The notes beneath the pieces were generated by a model. The model saw nothing but the letters and a program-made list of their open reading frames with translations. It was not told the DNA's origin and searched no databases. A stretch of 63,503 nucleotides of DNA, filler included, from Chiloscyllium plagiosum (lineage: Eukaryota): NCBI RefSeq assembly GCF_004010195.1. It is 5 parts of one record of this genome, joined end to end, with 100 filler letters (N's around TTAATTAATTAA, not from the genome) between each part and the next. Parts side by side here need not be neighbours in the genome. Positions count along the whole stretch, not along the records: positions 17,006 to 43,430 come from NC_057712.1; 4 more parts are not named here. One strand, 5' to 3'. Shown here in pieces: positions 21,401 through 35,800 of this stretch; positions within the stretch are counted from its first letter, which is position 1; the number at the start of each line of letters is the position of its first letter. The position numbers and the translations under genes were made by a program.

Positions 21401-23451
21401 TTATTAATGTTACATGTACCTAAGTATAATGAAACATTTTATTTTCCATGCAGTACAGGCAGATCATGCCAGACAAAGACGATAGGGTGATTGAACAGAG
21501 CAAGGAATACAAAGTCACAGTCACAAAGAATTTAACATTAGACTTAAAATTTGAGAAGTCCATTCAGAAGTCTAATAACAATGGGGAAGAAGCTGTTCTT
21601 GAACCTGTTAGTTCATATGTTTAGGTTTTTGCATCTTCTGCCTGACAGAAGAGGTTAGAGGAGATTATAGATGGGATTGGAGGGGTCTTTGATGATGTTA
21701 GCTGCCTTTTTGAGGCAGCAAAAAGGTGGAGTAGGTGAAAATGAGGACTGCAGGTGCTGGAGCTTTTGCCCGAAACGTCGATTTTCTTGCTCCTCGATGC
21801 TGTGCTTTTCTAGCACCACACTCGCAGCAAGAAAATGGAGTCAATGGATGGAAGGTTGGCTTCGACGAAATGGCTTATGAGAATATGGCCTTCTGGCTCT
21901 GCACAAGATTTGTGACCATTTCTTTCGCAAAATTCATTGACTTAAAAATTGAATACTATGGTGTCCATTGTACTTAAATCAGATGACAAACCTTTTTGCA
22001 TAAGTTAATGGGGCATAGTGTCTAAGATTTATTTTAGAAATTCTCTGTGAAATTGGACTGCCCTAAATAGAACAGAAGTCAAGCCTGCTCAATTAAGTCT
22101 TGGGGAATGGGTTGCATCCGAACAAGCACCTGCTCCAAAATGTTGAGTCCTCCTCCAGACTCCAAAGCCCTCCTTAACATATGTCATCAATTGCAATTCG
22201 CTTCCTTCTACCATTGTCCTTCCATCTTGGGACTTAGCTGAGGCTATACCATTTAAGAAACTGGAAAAATCCAAAGAGGCCATTAAATGCCTCTGTAAAG
22301 TAATGCAAGAAGTTTCCCATGTTATGGGAAAAGCCTTTGTTTTGTTTTTGAAATTTATTTCAGATCCTTCACAAAATAAGTTGCCTTAAGATCATTTTCA
22401 TAAGCAGACTTTCTGGTCATGCTTACAGTCAATTAGAAACGATTTCTCCACCTGAATGAAACAAAGATTTCTGCAGCAACAAGGCACAGGGCAGGGTGGG
22501 GTTAAGATTTGGATGGGATGGGTGGTGGGGGGGGGGGGGGGGTGGGGGTGCTGTCAAGCACTTTGTAGTCTCAGAAAACATACCAGGAATAGCAGAATAT
22601 CAAAAAGCTAAAGTGAGGGAGGAACTTGAAACAATCATGACCACTGGAGCAAAGCGACCAGGAAAGCGAATGGGACAAGTCTCCTGGTCCCAATGGCCTG
22701 TGTTCTAAGGTCTTAAAGGAAATTTCTTGTATTATTGGAGTACGTATTGCCTTTAATTTTCCAAAATTCCCTAGTTCTGGAAAGATCCTAGTTGTTTGGA
22801 AAACAACATTTATAACACCATTATTCTGAAAGGAGGAAGGCAGAAAGTAGACAACCACAATCAGTTAGTTTAACATCTATCATCAGGAAAATGCTGGAAT
22901 CCATTATTAAGGAGGTAGCAGCAGGACAGAAAATCATAATATAACCAAGCTGAAGCAACCTGGTTTTATTAAGGGGCAATCATGTTTGACAAATTTATTA
23001 CAGTTTTTGAGGAAGCAAACAACAGGGTGGATACAGGGCAACCAGTAAGTGTATTGCATTTGGAATTACAAAGGCATATCGTAAGATGTCACACAAATAT
23101 TACTGCACAAGATAAGATTTTACAATATTGGGGATATAAATTTGTATGGATTGGCTAACAAACAAAAAAATGAAATGTTGGAAACAATATGTTATTTGCG
23201 TTTGGCAAATCCTAACTAGTGGGGTGCTACAGCGAATGGTGCTGTGTCTCCACTTCAACAAAAACATCCATTCAATAAGTTATATCCTGTCATGGGATTG
23301 GTTAGCTTGAATGGCTGGTTTGCAACACAGTGTGATGCCAACAGCATGAGTTTGATTCACACACTGACTGAGAGTACCATGAAGGAGTCTCCTTCCCAAC
23401 CCTCCCCCTCATCTGAGGTGTGGTGACCATCAAGTTAAACCATCACTATCA

Positions 23452-23482
<31 letters not shown>

Positions 23483-23647
23483 CTATCTCTCTCTTTCTCT
23501 CTCTATATATATATCTCTCTCTCTCTTTAATGAGTGAGTGGGGCTGTGGTGGCTTTTTTTTTTAGTTTTTGCCATTCAGTCAATTTCTTATTCATGTTGC
23601 CACTGTCCACTTTACTTTGTGAATTCTATATTTGTTTGTAAGTTAGA

Positions 23648-24090
23648 AATTCATAGAGATGTACAGAACTGAAACAAACACTTGCATCCAACTCATCCAT
23701 GCCAACCAGATATCCTGAATTAATCCAGTCCCATTTGCCAGCATTTGGCGCATATCCCACTAAACCCTTCTTTTTCATGTACCCATCCAGATGCCTTTTA
23801 ATTGTACTCATCTCCACCACCTCCTCTCGCAGCTCATTCCATACACGCACCACCCTCTGTGTGATAAAATGCCCCTCAGACCCCTTTTAAGTCTCTTCCC
23901 TCTCACCTTAAACCTATGCTCTCTAGTTTTAGACTCTGCTACTCTGGGGAAAAAGATCTTGGTTATTTACCCTACCCATGCCCTCATGATTTTATAAACC
24001 TCTATAAGGTCACCCCTCAGCATCTGATGCTCCAGGGAAAACAGCCCCAGCCTATTCATCCTCTCTTTGTAGTTCAAACCCTCCAACATC
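23648..24090 (-). mobile_element. CR1 LINE 3' end
   Basis: RVWNEL.EEVVE...KRHLDGYM motif plus the CR1 3'UTR. Confidence 0.85.
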
Positions 24091-25739
24091 TTTTGTGCAA
24101 TTTTATCAAATGGCATTTAGAAGTCCACATGCACCTTATCAACATCTGTTTCTTCTTGGGAAAAAAATTAAACAAGTTGGTTAAGCAGAAGTTTCAGTGA
24201 AGGATATCTCATCTTGAAACATATATGATAGAAGGCGCATCTCTGGTGCCATGTGGCCAGTAAATTCAATATACGCTTATCATCCTGGGAACAGTATTGT
24301 GCTCTCTGCCTCAAAGGTATGTAAAGGTGACACATCAGTTTTTATGTTTGAATGGGAGTTTTATTTATAGTGCTTTTAGAATGCCTGCAGCAGCCACAGC
24401 TTACTTTTAGTTTATAGTTCCCTGCAACCATTGATAAACAGCACAAAGAGTTAATAGACATACAAAATCAAACACTGAACAAGTGAATACATCTTTAGTT
24501 TACCCCATGTAAATGTAAAATAAGCTCTAAAATTAAATTGTCTGAACCAATAAAGATATGCACATCAATTGATTTCTTAGTATTCAGCGTGTCTGTTTTC
24601 CCTAAGTGCAGAAATAGTCTCCCAGATATGAAGTCAGTGATGACAACGCTGAGATCTGTGAGCTTGATGTGATGCGACAAAATGATCAGATCAATGGGAT
24701 GTGTTATCTACATTGCAGTTGTTCACCAGAAAAAACAAATGTTCCTCATAATCACCGTCCTTGGAATATTCTGGTCTGATTGATAACAATCATCTGGCTT
24801 TCCACATTGTGTTGTCATCCAATAAATAAGCATTGACACTAAGTGACTGCTTGACCTGCTTTGGTTCAGGTAAAGATGATGTTAATTAGTGGTCATCATT
24901 TGTCCATTTGAACTCTATCTCCAACTTAAATCAGGGTCCCTTGCATGTGTTCACTTGGCACATTATGCTTTTCTTTTGCCTGGTTGCTTTGCAATTTTTT
25001 TCTACCTTCCCAACTGACATTCTCAGTGGATAGTAGTAATAACATGAATAGTTGGTGGAATGCAAGTTACAAACTATTGTAAGTTCAACTGTGCCTTCGC
25101 AGTCAGATGTGCGGTGAATTAATATATGTGAAGTAGAAAATTAATGAATTGTTCAAATCTTCTCCTGTCTGATGTACTAGCTCTCAGATTGGCCTTTTTC
25201 ACCCTATTTGCTGATATCATTTAAAAGAGGATTGAATCACATTATTAGATAGTGATGAATTGTGTTGCTTGTGTGAACTAATAGGAAAAAAAATTGCTGC
25301 CCATTGTCTATAATGCCTCCAGAAGATAAACAACTTGCCCAGAATGCCAATGATCAAAGTGGTGGCTTTTGAATTTGCAATGTGCAGGGCAGATCATGAA
25401 CAACACGTGAAAAAAATGTTGATTGCTAGAAGCTGCTGGCACTTCTCAACAAATATCCACTTGGACCTGTTGGCATGGTTTTGTTGGCCATGGGATCGAT
25501 TATCAAGATGCAGAACACAGTTCAACACATTTTTACTTGAGTATACAAGCTAAGCAGTTTCTAACAAACTCTTCTATTCAGAAATTTATTGCTGATCACC
25601 AAACTGCTTCGCGGAATCATTGTTTCGACTTAACAACAGCTTTTCCCTTCATGAGCAAGATGCATTACATTATAACACATTCAGGATAACCACTTGATTT
25701 CCTTGTGTGACACAGCTGTCAATAAATAATATAAATTCA

Positions 25740-26765
25740 TTGCATGGCTGGAAGGTAGAAGACAGAGGGTGTGGTGGTAACCTGTGACCAGTGGTGTGCC
25801 ATAGGATTAGTGCTGCGTCCACTGCTTTTCATCACTTATATAAACGATTTGGATATGAATAAACGAGGTATAGCTAGTAAGTTTACAGATTGGACCACAA
25901 TTGGACCTGGAATGGACAGCAAAGAAGGTTACCTCAGTGTACAACAGGGTCTTGATCGGATGGGCCAATGGGCTGAGGAGTGGCAGATAGAATTTAATTT
26001 GGATAAATGTGAGGCACTGCATTATGGAAAAGCAAATCAGAGCAGGACTTATACACTTAATGGTAAAGTCCTGGGGAGTGATGCTGAACAAAGAGACCTA
26101 GGAGTGCATTGAAATTGGAGTCACAGGTAGATAGGATAATGAAGAAGGAGCTTAGTATGCTTTCCTTTATTGGACAGAGCATAGATTATAGGAGTTGGGA
26201 GATCATGTTGCAGCTGTACAGGATATTGGTTCGGCCACTTTTGGAATACTATTGTCAATTCTGGTCTCCCTCCTATTGGAAGGATGTTGTGAAACTTGAA
26301 AGGGTTCAGAAAAGATTTACAAGGATGTTGCCAGGATTGGAGTGTCTGCGCTATAAGGAGAGGTTGAATAAGCTGGGGCTATTTTCCCTGGAGCATCAAA
26401 GGCTGAGCAGTGACCTTATAGATGTTTATAAAATCATGAGAGACATGGATAGGATAAATAGATCAGACCTTTTCCCTGGGATTGGGGAGTCTAGAACTAG
26501 AGGGCATAGGTTTAGGGTGAAAGGGGAAAGATTTAAAAGGGACCTTAGGGGCAACTTTTGAATGAACCGGCAAAGGAAGTGGTGGAGGCTAAGACAATTA
26601 GAACATTTAAAGGGATCTGGATACGTATATGAAAAGGAAGGCTTTAGAGGAATATGGGCCAAGTGCTGGCAGATGGGACGAGATTAAGTTAGGATATCTG
26701 GTCAACATGGATAAGTTGGACCGAAAGGTCTGTTTCCATGCTGTACATCTCTATGACACTATGAC
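25740..26765 (+). mobile_element. CR1 LINE ORF2 3' portion (RT C-terminal half to 3'UTR)
   Basis: ORFs 25771-26112 and 26109-26561 (PLLF..YINDLD...SKF.D; WQ.EFN.DKC; RPLLEY..QFWSP; LERVQKRFTRM) and tail ctatgacactatgac. Confidence 0.92.
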
Positions 26766-28014
26766 TTTGCAGGATGACACTAGTTCTTCTGCTATTTTGC
26801 AAGGTCACTCAGTTTTTAGATTTACTTACTGCAGTGTACAGTCTGCCATTGATACTCTGTTCATCTCCTCTCACATTACAAGATTCACAGTTGAGTGTGA
26901 AATCACTGAGAGAACACATTCTTCTGGATCACAAGTTGCTTCACTCTCTCTGACACTGGAATAGGAATATACCTAAGCATATCAGTTTCTCAGTTATGTA
27001 AAACTGGAAGGTACTCAACCTTAAAGTTCTACTAATGGAGACCTTTTCATCCAACTGTGGATACAAAGGACAATGAGCAGATCCTGACTTGGATAACAAC
27101 ATTTGGTAATGAGTGCAGAGAATGAATTTCTTACCAGAGATGTGGCTGGGTCAATGTCTGAAGTGTAGATGCAGGCTAGTGCTTCCCACTCTGCAGCAAA
27201 ACATTTTCATTCAGTTTCTAACAACAAGCCTGATTCATAAATGATTGTTTGTTTCCTCCAACATACCACAAGAGTACAGCTGTAATCATATTTTCCTGTT
27301 GTATTTTTTGTGACATACATTTCCAAGTATGAGTTGAAATACACAAGGACTGATAGAAATGCTGCCTTCACCTCTAACATGACAAACACTGTTGTGTGAT
27401 TGTTTATTCATATATCTTCACATGATAACCTCTGCAATCTCATCATATTTATGAACAACTTCACTCTGTCTAAACCAGTTTTGATTTGTATGTCCTTGTA
27501 TGTTATGATCTGCCTGTACTGCACACAAAACAAAACTTTTCACTGTACCTTGGTAGATTGTGTTGAGGCAGTCCAGTGAGCACCAGAAACTGAAGAAATT
27601 ATCTCTGGAAGGCACTAAGTGTTGATTTTAGTTCAAATGGGCATTCTATGAGGTGGAAGTTCTACAATATTAAAACAAACATTGTGAGAACGTGGCTTAG
27701 TTTCTGTTGGTGATATCTACTGGTAGCTTGCTGTACGATGAAGCTTTTGGAAGACTCTGGAGTAATGAAAACATGCCAATTATTTATGGCTTGTAGTAAG
27801 TGGATACTTGTCTGGAATTATTGCTTGATTGACTGTCTTATGACAGTGAACATGAAGAGCTGCATTTTACCAAAAACTGGCTAAGTATCAATTTCATAGA
27901 GTTCTATGGAGAGTTTCCCACTGTCAGCTCCAAAAGGCTTTCACATTCAGTTCTCTGCTCACGTCATTATGTCTGAAATACACTCCCATGACACCGTGCC
28001 CATGCTATTTGTTT

Positions 28015-28320
28015 TAATCATTCAGGGATGAGGGTGCCATTGGTTAGGCCAGTATTAAGTGCCTATTCCTAATTGCCCAGAGGCCAGACCAGGTAAGGAT
28101 TCAGTTTCCTTCCTTAAAAGACATTAGTGAACCAGATGGGCTTTTCCAACAATTAGCAATGGATTCATGGTCATCATTGCACTCTTAATTTTAGATGTTT
28201 TTTTAAAGTCGAATTCAAATTCGACCCTCGGCCACAGCAGGGTTTGAACTCTCGTCCCCAGAACATTGCCGGGGTCTCTGAATTAACATTCCAGTGATAA
28301 TACCACTAAGGCCTTCGCCT
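28015..28320 (-). mobile_element. tRNA-derived SINE with L2-like 3' tail (decayed)
   Basis: The plus strand begins with the L2-like tail complement (ggttaggccagtatt...cctaattgccc) and ends with a tRNA-like head complement (gggtttgaactc...taccactaaggcc). Confidence 0.55.
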
Positions 28321-28989
28321 CCCTGTCAGGGAGGGGCAGATGTGATTACCGCTGCCAGGACCTTGCAGAATATGTGCCGCTGGTGTCACATATTAACCCT
28401 CACTGTGCACCAGATCAAACGCTGCAAGCCAGGAATAGCTCTTCACAGTGGATATGGTGAGAGGGAAAAGGAACAGACAAACTTCAAAGGGCATATAGGT
28501 GGCAAGGGCGGAAACTTCATTAGAAATCAAAAATCATAATCTTATTGCCACAGTACATCACCAACTGTCTGTGATTGTAGCTGTAGCTACTAGAATCAAG
28601 AGACACAGATTACCTGTCCTTAAGTGCCTTCACATGGAACACAATCTGAAGAGGTGCTATTCTTTCCCTACTATCCAGTGCTTTATTATTCAATATGGAA
28701 GCATCACATGCTGAAAAGCCTTCCAACAGTTGAAGGCATAAGCTCTTATTAAACAGAAACAGCAAAGGGCAACTAAAAAAAAGCAGCATTTGTTTCTGGG
28801 AAGAAACAGGGTCTCCTGGCCTTTTGATCAACCACAATTTTACAATCAATGAATGGTCACTTCACCCAACTCACATCTATTGGAACGGAATATTAATGGA
28901 AGTCTTGTCTGGTTGGTTACACCTGGCATTGCACCATTCTATCATACTGAAAGTGATGTTCCTCCTGTTCACCCCCAGAAGACTGCTGT

Positions 28990-29640
28990 CACTTTGCCAG
29001 CTGTACAGTGCCTGTCACATCCCCTCTGTGCCTGATCCATTGTACAAAGTGCAACATGCTCAGAATATGTGGCATACTCTGTCCAGACAAAGCACCCACA
29101 GACCGATCCAAGAAATGGAGCCTCAGCTTCAAGAGGCCTGATGTCTGCTCCTCAGTGGCCTTGGTGGCCTCAGTCGGGGTCATTAACCATGGCTTGCAAA
29201 GAGTAGCTTCTCCAATCAGCCATCTTCTTAAGGTATCCAGTCATTTGAAACGAAGCACGAACAGGAGAACCATCAAGGATTTAGGTATCATGGCAGCCTC
29301 CAGAGTACCTGGTGCAAACATCTAAGAAATATCACCAGTGACATTGGGTGACTTGTACAGCGACCATATAGAGCCCTCTTCTATTAATGATGTCAGTCGC
29401 ATTATGATATGCAGCTTGGAGTGCAGTCTACAGCACCCTGCACTGGGGGAAGACAACAATGGCGGCAAAGCCTACAGCGCATGTTGTAACACTGACTTTG
29501 TCATGGGAAAGCAAAATGAAACAGTGTGATCTGGCATAAATTGCATCAGATCAACACTGATCCATTTATGAGCTTGGGATTGAGAGATCTCAGGTAAGTC
29601 CCCAGTGGATCCTTGGAAGCAGCAGTTGCATACACATTTT
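28990..29640 (-). pseudogene. Decayed PIF/Harbinger (HARBI1-like) DDE transposase
   Basis: The minus strand reads VQGAVDCT, VCTRYSGGCHD, WLIG...KPWLMTP and EQTSGLLKLRLHFLDRSVGAL, in the order expected for HARBI1-family motifs. Confidence 0.75.
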
Positions 29641-30112
29641 GCAAAGCTGTCACCTTAATGGCCCCAGGATAGGATGGTCAAGCACACTTTCAGTTCCCTG
29701 CTCCAGGAGGACACAGTTCTGTGATGGTCCAGGGATATACAGTCCGAAAAACAACCGTTCACCAACACTATCCTCTGTGCCTTACCATAAAGCCAATTTT
29801 GAATCCAATTGGCTAGCTCACCCTGAATCCCAGGTGACTTGTTGGAAGTTGCTGCTTGTCTTGGCTTGTTGGCACGTCTATTCCCACTCCATTTCTCAGA
29901 GCCTTCATTTTACAATGGTCACAGTGACAATAGCCCCTTCTGCATCTACATCCATTGGTCATAATCCAATGAACCTCCATGATATATACCAGAAGTAGAA
30001 TTGAATATTAGTAAGGTGAACAGGTCAGCATTCACATCATAGATAAATGTTAGTTTAGCAAAGTTCTCCAAAACAGTGGGACATGGAAGATTCGACGAGG
30101 AAGGCAGGGGAA

Positions 30113-30335
30113 TATGGTCAGTTCTGATATAACCTGATAGTTCTGTTCTCGTGCAATCCCATGTTATAAGAAAATCGCATAATAGCAAGACCTTTTAAAC
30201 TAATGGGGCAGGAATCAAGTTATAGCCAATACAGGTGAGGAAAGTTAACATTCGACAAATAGAGGTCTAAATGCTTTAATGGTGTTAAAGCCAGTTCGCG
30301 TTGAAGAAACATGTGTTATAGCAGAACTGACTATA
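30113..30335. mobile_element. Tc1/mariner (pogo/Tigger-like) MITE, about 220 bp
   Basis: Terminal inverted repeats TA-TGGTCAGTTCTGATATAAC (30113-30133) and GTTATAGCAGAACTGACTA-TA (30315-30335), with TA on both flanks. Confidence 0.75.
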
Positions 30336-33300
30336 CCTGTATGTGGACCTTTGACCTCATTCGGATCTATGCAGCAAAAGCCTAAACTGATGAGAGATCA
30401 GACGCTGGACCCTGCAATTCCCAGATAACCCCAGACTGATTGCACTGGACCAGTAAGCTCACTTCCTGGACTATAATGAACCCCCTGACCCCAAGGACCA
30501 TGATGGTTGTGTGATTGTGTCCAGGCCAAGATTAGAGTGGTGCTGGAAAAACACAGCAGATCAGGCAGCATCCAAGGAGCAGGAAAAATCAACGTTTCGG
30601 GCAAAAGCCCTTCATCAGGAATGTGTCCAGGCCCCTAATACACTGTGGTAACATGGTTGACTGATAACAGCTCTCTTGACTTAATTGCAGACGATAGACT
30701 TTGAGACCTGGTCATTTGTGGAAGCAGATTCCATGTGTTTGCTGCATGAGCTGCTGGCACATGCTGTAGGCGTGACATTATGAGGCATGGGGACCTGGCC
30801 ATCCCCTTAACCAGTCACAAGACAAGTTGGTTGGCTTTAGGTTTGCACTAAAATGCAAGGAAAGACAGGAATAGCATGAGGCTGTGAGTTCTGAATGAGG
30901 TGACAACAGGTTAAGGCAAGGCATAGGCACTGTGAGAATCCAAGTAGGCCCAGAAAGAGTGACTGAAAGGAGAACAGCTAAAGAGCATTGAGACCATGCT
31001 GTTCTGATGCTTGCGATGGGTGCTTGTACCTACCTAGAGAGCAGCAGCATGACAATGAAAGGTATTAGTGATCTCCAAAATATTGAAATGGTGAACTGTA
31101 TTCGAAGTGAGCCGGAAATGTACCATCGCGATGTGGTGATGTTGGAGGAACAGGCAGTGAGCAGGAGCTGCCAGACATCCGCTCAGACTTTCATTACAGA
31201 AGCAGGTCCTTTTTGAAGACATTTTTTTTAAAAAAAGGAATGGTTCCCTCCCTACATTGGCTGCTCTCACCTCAGCTTTGAGTGCCAGTTAGTACTTCCT
31301 CAGGAACTCCCCCACCTCCCTCATCCTTGATTGGACATCCCCGATTGCTCTTTCACTTTGCAGTGTTGAAATGGTGGTGGGTGTGTCTAAAGCATGGCAT
31401 GTGGAATTAGGACCTGGAACTCGCCCTATATTTAGTTCTCAATCCATGATTAAAAACTGCCACTGGCGCACACTTGGATATTAGAGTTTTCACTACTGGG
31501 AGAGATTTTCAACACATCTAATCATGCATCTATATCAGTAGCTGCAGGATAATTGGAGCTTCAGAAAAATTGAAACAAAGACAAAGGACAACAGTGGTGC
31601 TGCCAATTCTGTCTTTTTTTGGTGGGGGACTTGCTGTTTTTTTTCTGGTGATATCTGTTTCCACTTGGCTGCCTCTTACACTCATGAGTGTTGCAAACAT
31701 TTGAATGGGTTTTCACTTTGGCTTTTTTGTCAATGACAATCTTCATTTCATTGAACAGAAGAGTTTTCAACCTTGCAACAGTGAGAGATGAGAGCCAGCC
31801 AGATAAAACAGTCAGGTCAGGAATGTAAATCAGAGATGACAAAGTCTGCACAGCAATGCCATGTAACGTTAATGGGATTCTTGCAACATTGCACGTATTG
31901 CAATAAGCTAGTGATTATCTGACTCCCAAACAGTACGTGATGGTGAGGTTTACTGCAGTTCCTTAAGGTGCCTGCTTCTCATGAAATTCTGTGTAACTGA
32001 AGGATTGGTCATTTGTTGAAGGTGTTTACATCATTGTTCTCAGGGAAAAAAAGGAAAGATAGGAACTGATAAGCCATCTAGCAGAAAATGATAACTTCAG
32101 CATTAAGTGCGGCTTCACTCCTAATGGCTGAAACTAGCATAGGGCTGGCCCATTATATATCTGCCAAGTAGTTATACTTCATAGTGAGCCAAGACACTAG
32201 CCATTAACATGTCGATGGCCATCAGCTGTTGCTCACCAATAGCTCTTTTGCCTCTGAGTCAGAAAGCAATTGGTTCAATACTCACATCAACTCATAACCT
32301 GGACCAGAGGCTAGAATATTCCATCCAAACATGGGGCTGAATCATACCGTATGGTGGGAAGAGCCCAGAACGGTGATGGGGTGCCAGACATTCATCTCCC
32401 CATTCCCTATGCAGACAGGAACCTGACACTGACTTTCCCAAGTGGCTGAATGACTGTGCTCAAGCCGAGGGCCTGACATCAGAGACTGCCAGTGAATGAA
32501 CAATGTCTCCCTTGACTTGATTGAGGACTACTCCCCTTAGAATATTTGAGACACAGTTGTTTACTTGAAGCACATGTTGTGTGTTTGCTGCATAAATACA
32601 TGGTGCAGGCGTGAAATTGATATTGTGCAATATCATACGCAACATCCTTTTCCTGATGAAGAGCTCAAAACATCGACTCTCCTGTTCCTCAGATGCTGCC
32701 TGACTGGCTATGCTTTTCCAGCACCACAGTTTCTTTCACTCTGATCTCCAGCATCTGCAGTCCTTACTTTCTGCTAGGAACATCCCTTTGATTGATGTCC
32801 CCTGACAACCTTGACAAGCTGCCTGGTTTTGCATCTGTGCTAAAGGCAAGTGCTGTGAGCCTGTAAGCAGTGACTGAGAGGGTAATGAGTAAGAAAGGCA
32901 AGACAGAGATGTGGTCAGCATCCAGGTATGAATGAGCACTAAGAGACTGAATGAGCAGTCCTGAGATGCAGCCTGGTCCAATCCTGTCTCAGCGTGAAGT
33001 GTCCATGCAACCAGCGTTGAAATGATAGCTGCAACTGCAGCCCATTGTGCAGGATTGAAGTGCGGAAGCCTATTGTAGGTGGGCCATGAGGGTGTAGTCA
33101 GGCTGATACATTTTGGATGGCAATGTCCATTAATTAGCTGTGCATACAGTTGCAGCCGGTTGGAGATACCCAAGGAATTGGTGCCAGGTGTTCAAGCTGG
33201 AAGTTCAGGGCACAGTGTTGAGCTGGAATCCCATTCTGATTTTCATGTTGGGAATTCATAACATCTAGTTTCTAACCAGCTGGTATTAGAATAGGGGAGT

Positions 33301-34289
33301 GTATATGAATGAGGTGATATTTACTTATAATGAGTAATATTCCCCTTCAACAGGCCTCTTCCTACTTGCTGGCAAGAAACTCCTCTTACTGTCCAGGACT
33401 TAGTTGGAAAATGCGACTTGTCGTTCTGAGAAAAAATCTTGCTCAACATCTTACATGATTTTCCCAAATTTCCTTCCATAGCTCATGTTGGAGCCTGGGG
33501 AGATTTCATCCTCTATCTTTAATAAGGGTTTCTTAACCAACACCCAACATTCCTACATTCAATGGGATTCCTGTCTCTTTTCCAATCTGATTGAAAGGTT
33601 GGTTGGAACATTACTACAGCTGTCCCCGGTGAAACAATGGCAGCAATATTTTACCATCACTATCGCTTCACTGCACATTTCGACTGAGGTTTTTAAATCA
33701 AACACAATTCTACCAACAATAAAATGAATTGATCTTCTACTGATACAGTGCAGGCATTAGAATCCAGTTACACTGGCTGTGGTTAGATTCATTTGTGGTT
33801 TTTAATACTTTCAGATTATAGTGATAAATATTCTCTGCTTTGACACTGTAATTGTGGAAATCCTGTTTAAAATGGTGTATTATTTTCTTTTAAAACTTAC
33901 ATTCAATCCACAATAAGTTTGCAATGTTTGAGTATAAAGTTTAAGTGTTACAACTGCTGCCAGATTATTTGTTGGACTTTGTTTTACAATGCCTCATATT
34001 CTAAGACAGTATGGATTTGGAGGTACATTGCCAACAATGTCATCATTGCCCATGTAATGCAAAAAGATTTTAATTTGACTTATTCATAAAAGCAGGAGCC
34101 AGAGGAAGAAATGATGCAGAAACTTCAAGAATAAACATTGGGAAAAAAAACAGGACTGAGTGTCAATTTCTATCATCGAAAATCATATCAAGATAGCTAA
34201 AGTGAACAAAACAAGTACTGAGTGCAGACATGATCAGTATTTTTTATAAGTGAATATGTACTACACCTACAAGAGACAAGTTATAATTG

Positions 34290-34898
34290 TGTTATGGATC
34301 AGGCCAGATCCCCTCAAAACATTTCAAGAAAATAGCCTGGACCCTAACTTTGCTAGATATTTTGAGCTGGTGTAAGGTGGATTTTTCAGGATTGATGCAG
34401 CTGGTCAAAAATCTTTGGTTTTAAACAAAACAGGATGCATTCACAGAGTACCACGTGAAACATACACAAAAGAGAACAGAATACAGAATAACTTAGCCCA
34501 TCAAAACCCAACAGACTATCCCAACTGAATGATGCTGTTTCAAATTCCTGCAACAACCCCCATAAACAGCCCTTGGCAAAAAAGTCAAAGACAGGGTCTT
34601 ACAGGAGAGAATGAAATGCAGAGAGATTCAGCATGGAACATCTTCTTCCATGGCGCTGTTTCTTTGACCAGCGGTGTCAAAACAAAACTGACTGCTTGCT
34701 AAAACCAAACCAAACCAAAAAAAGAGCTGAGCTGGGAGAACTGGCCACTCCCCTTTTATTGTGCAAGTGTTTGTTTAAAAACTTAAAAGCTTCTTCAAGT
34801 AGATAAACTCAGACATTTCGGAATCTATGCATTTATGACCCTACTGAAAGCAAAACCAAGGAAAACATAATGTTGTTAAAGGAGCAGCATCATTGCCA
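34290..34898 (-). mobile_element. Probable solo LTR, about 600 bp
   Basis: TGTTATGG...CA-type ends, no coding capacity and composition distinct from the flanks. Family and strand are inferred, not confirmed. Confidence 0.45.
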
Positions 34899-35463
34899 TT
34901 GTTCATTAGAATTGACTAGTTCCTCTAAAGGGTTACATGAGCATTTGATCATTTCTTTGGGAGTTCTTCCAACCTCCCATTAGTGTCAAGTGTTCTACAA
35001 CTTCCTCATTATAAAGGAGGTTTCAGCTCTTTCTTGGTGATAAGTCAAATTTGTTCAACATGTCAACTGTCTTTATAAAATCTTTGAATCTTTGGTGAGG
35101 ACTTCACTTCTATTTGGCTGGAAAATCCAAATAGGCAATGACATAATTTCCAATGCGTATGTCTGTGTGAATCTTGAGGAAGGCTTCTCCGAGACTGGGA
35201 ATTTCATCAACCCTTGATGAATGTGGGCCCACAGCAGCCACCCAAATGAGTCAGGATCATTTTCTTTCTGGTTAGGCTCTTGTTCAACACAGATGTGACT
35301 CACTTATTACTAGGTGAATGACATTTCCCAAACAGCTAACAATCTGACATCTCGAAGAAAAGTAGTTAACCTAAAACTCACAGCTCTGAGCCTTCCGATC
35401 TCAGTGCCTTCTCAGGGATTCCATAAGTTTTCATTTGCTGGCTTGTATAGGCCTTTCACTGTA

Positions 35464-35800
35464 TGGCACGGTGGCTCAGTGGTTAGCACTGCTGCCTCAC
35501 AGCACCAGGAACCCGGGTTCGATCCCACCCTCGGGTGACTGTCTGTGTGGACTTTGCACATTCTCCATGTGTCTGTGTGGGTTTCCTCCAGGTGCTCCGA
35601 TTTCCTCCCATACTCTGAAGGTATGCAAGTTAGGTGGACTGGCAGTGCAAAAATGCCCATTGTGTCCAGGAGTGTGTAAGCTAGGTGGGTTAGCCGCAGG
35701 AAATGCAGGGCTGCGCGTCTGGGTGGGAAGCTCTCCTGAGGGTTGGCTTGGACTTGATGGGCTGGATGGCCTGCTTTCACACTGTAGGGATTCTATGATT
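35464..35800 (+). mobile_element. HE1-related V-SINE
   Basis: tRNA-like head (GGCACGGTGGCTCAGTGGTTAGCACT...GGTTCGATCCC), V-domain (TTTGCACATTCTCC...GGGTTTCCTCC) and CR1-like tail (CTGTAGGGATTCTATGATTC). Confidence 0.85.
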
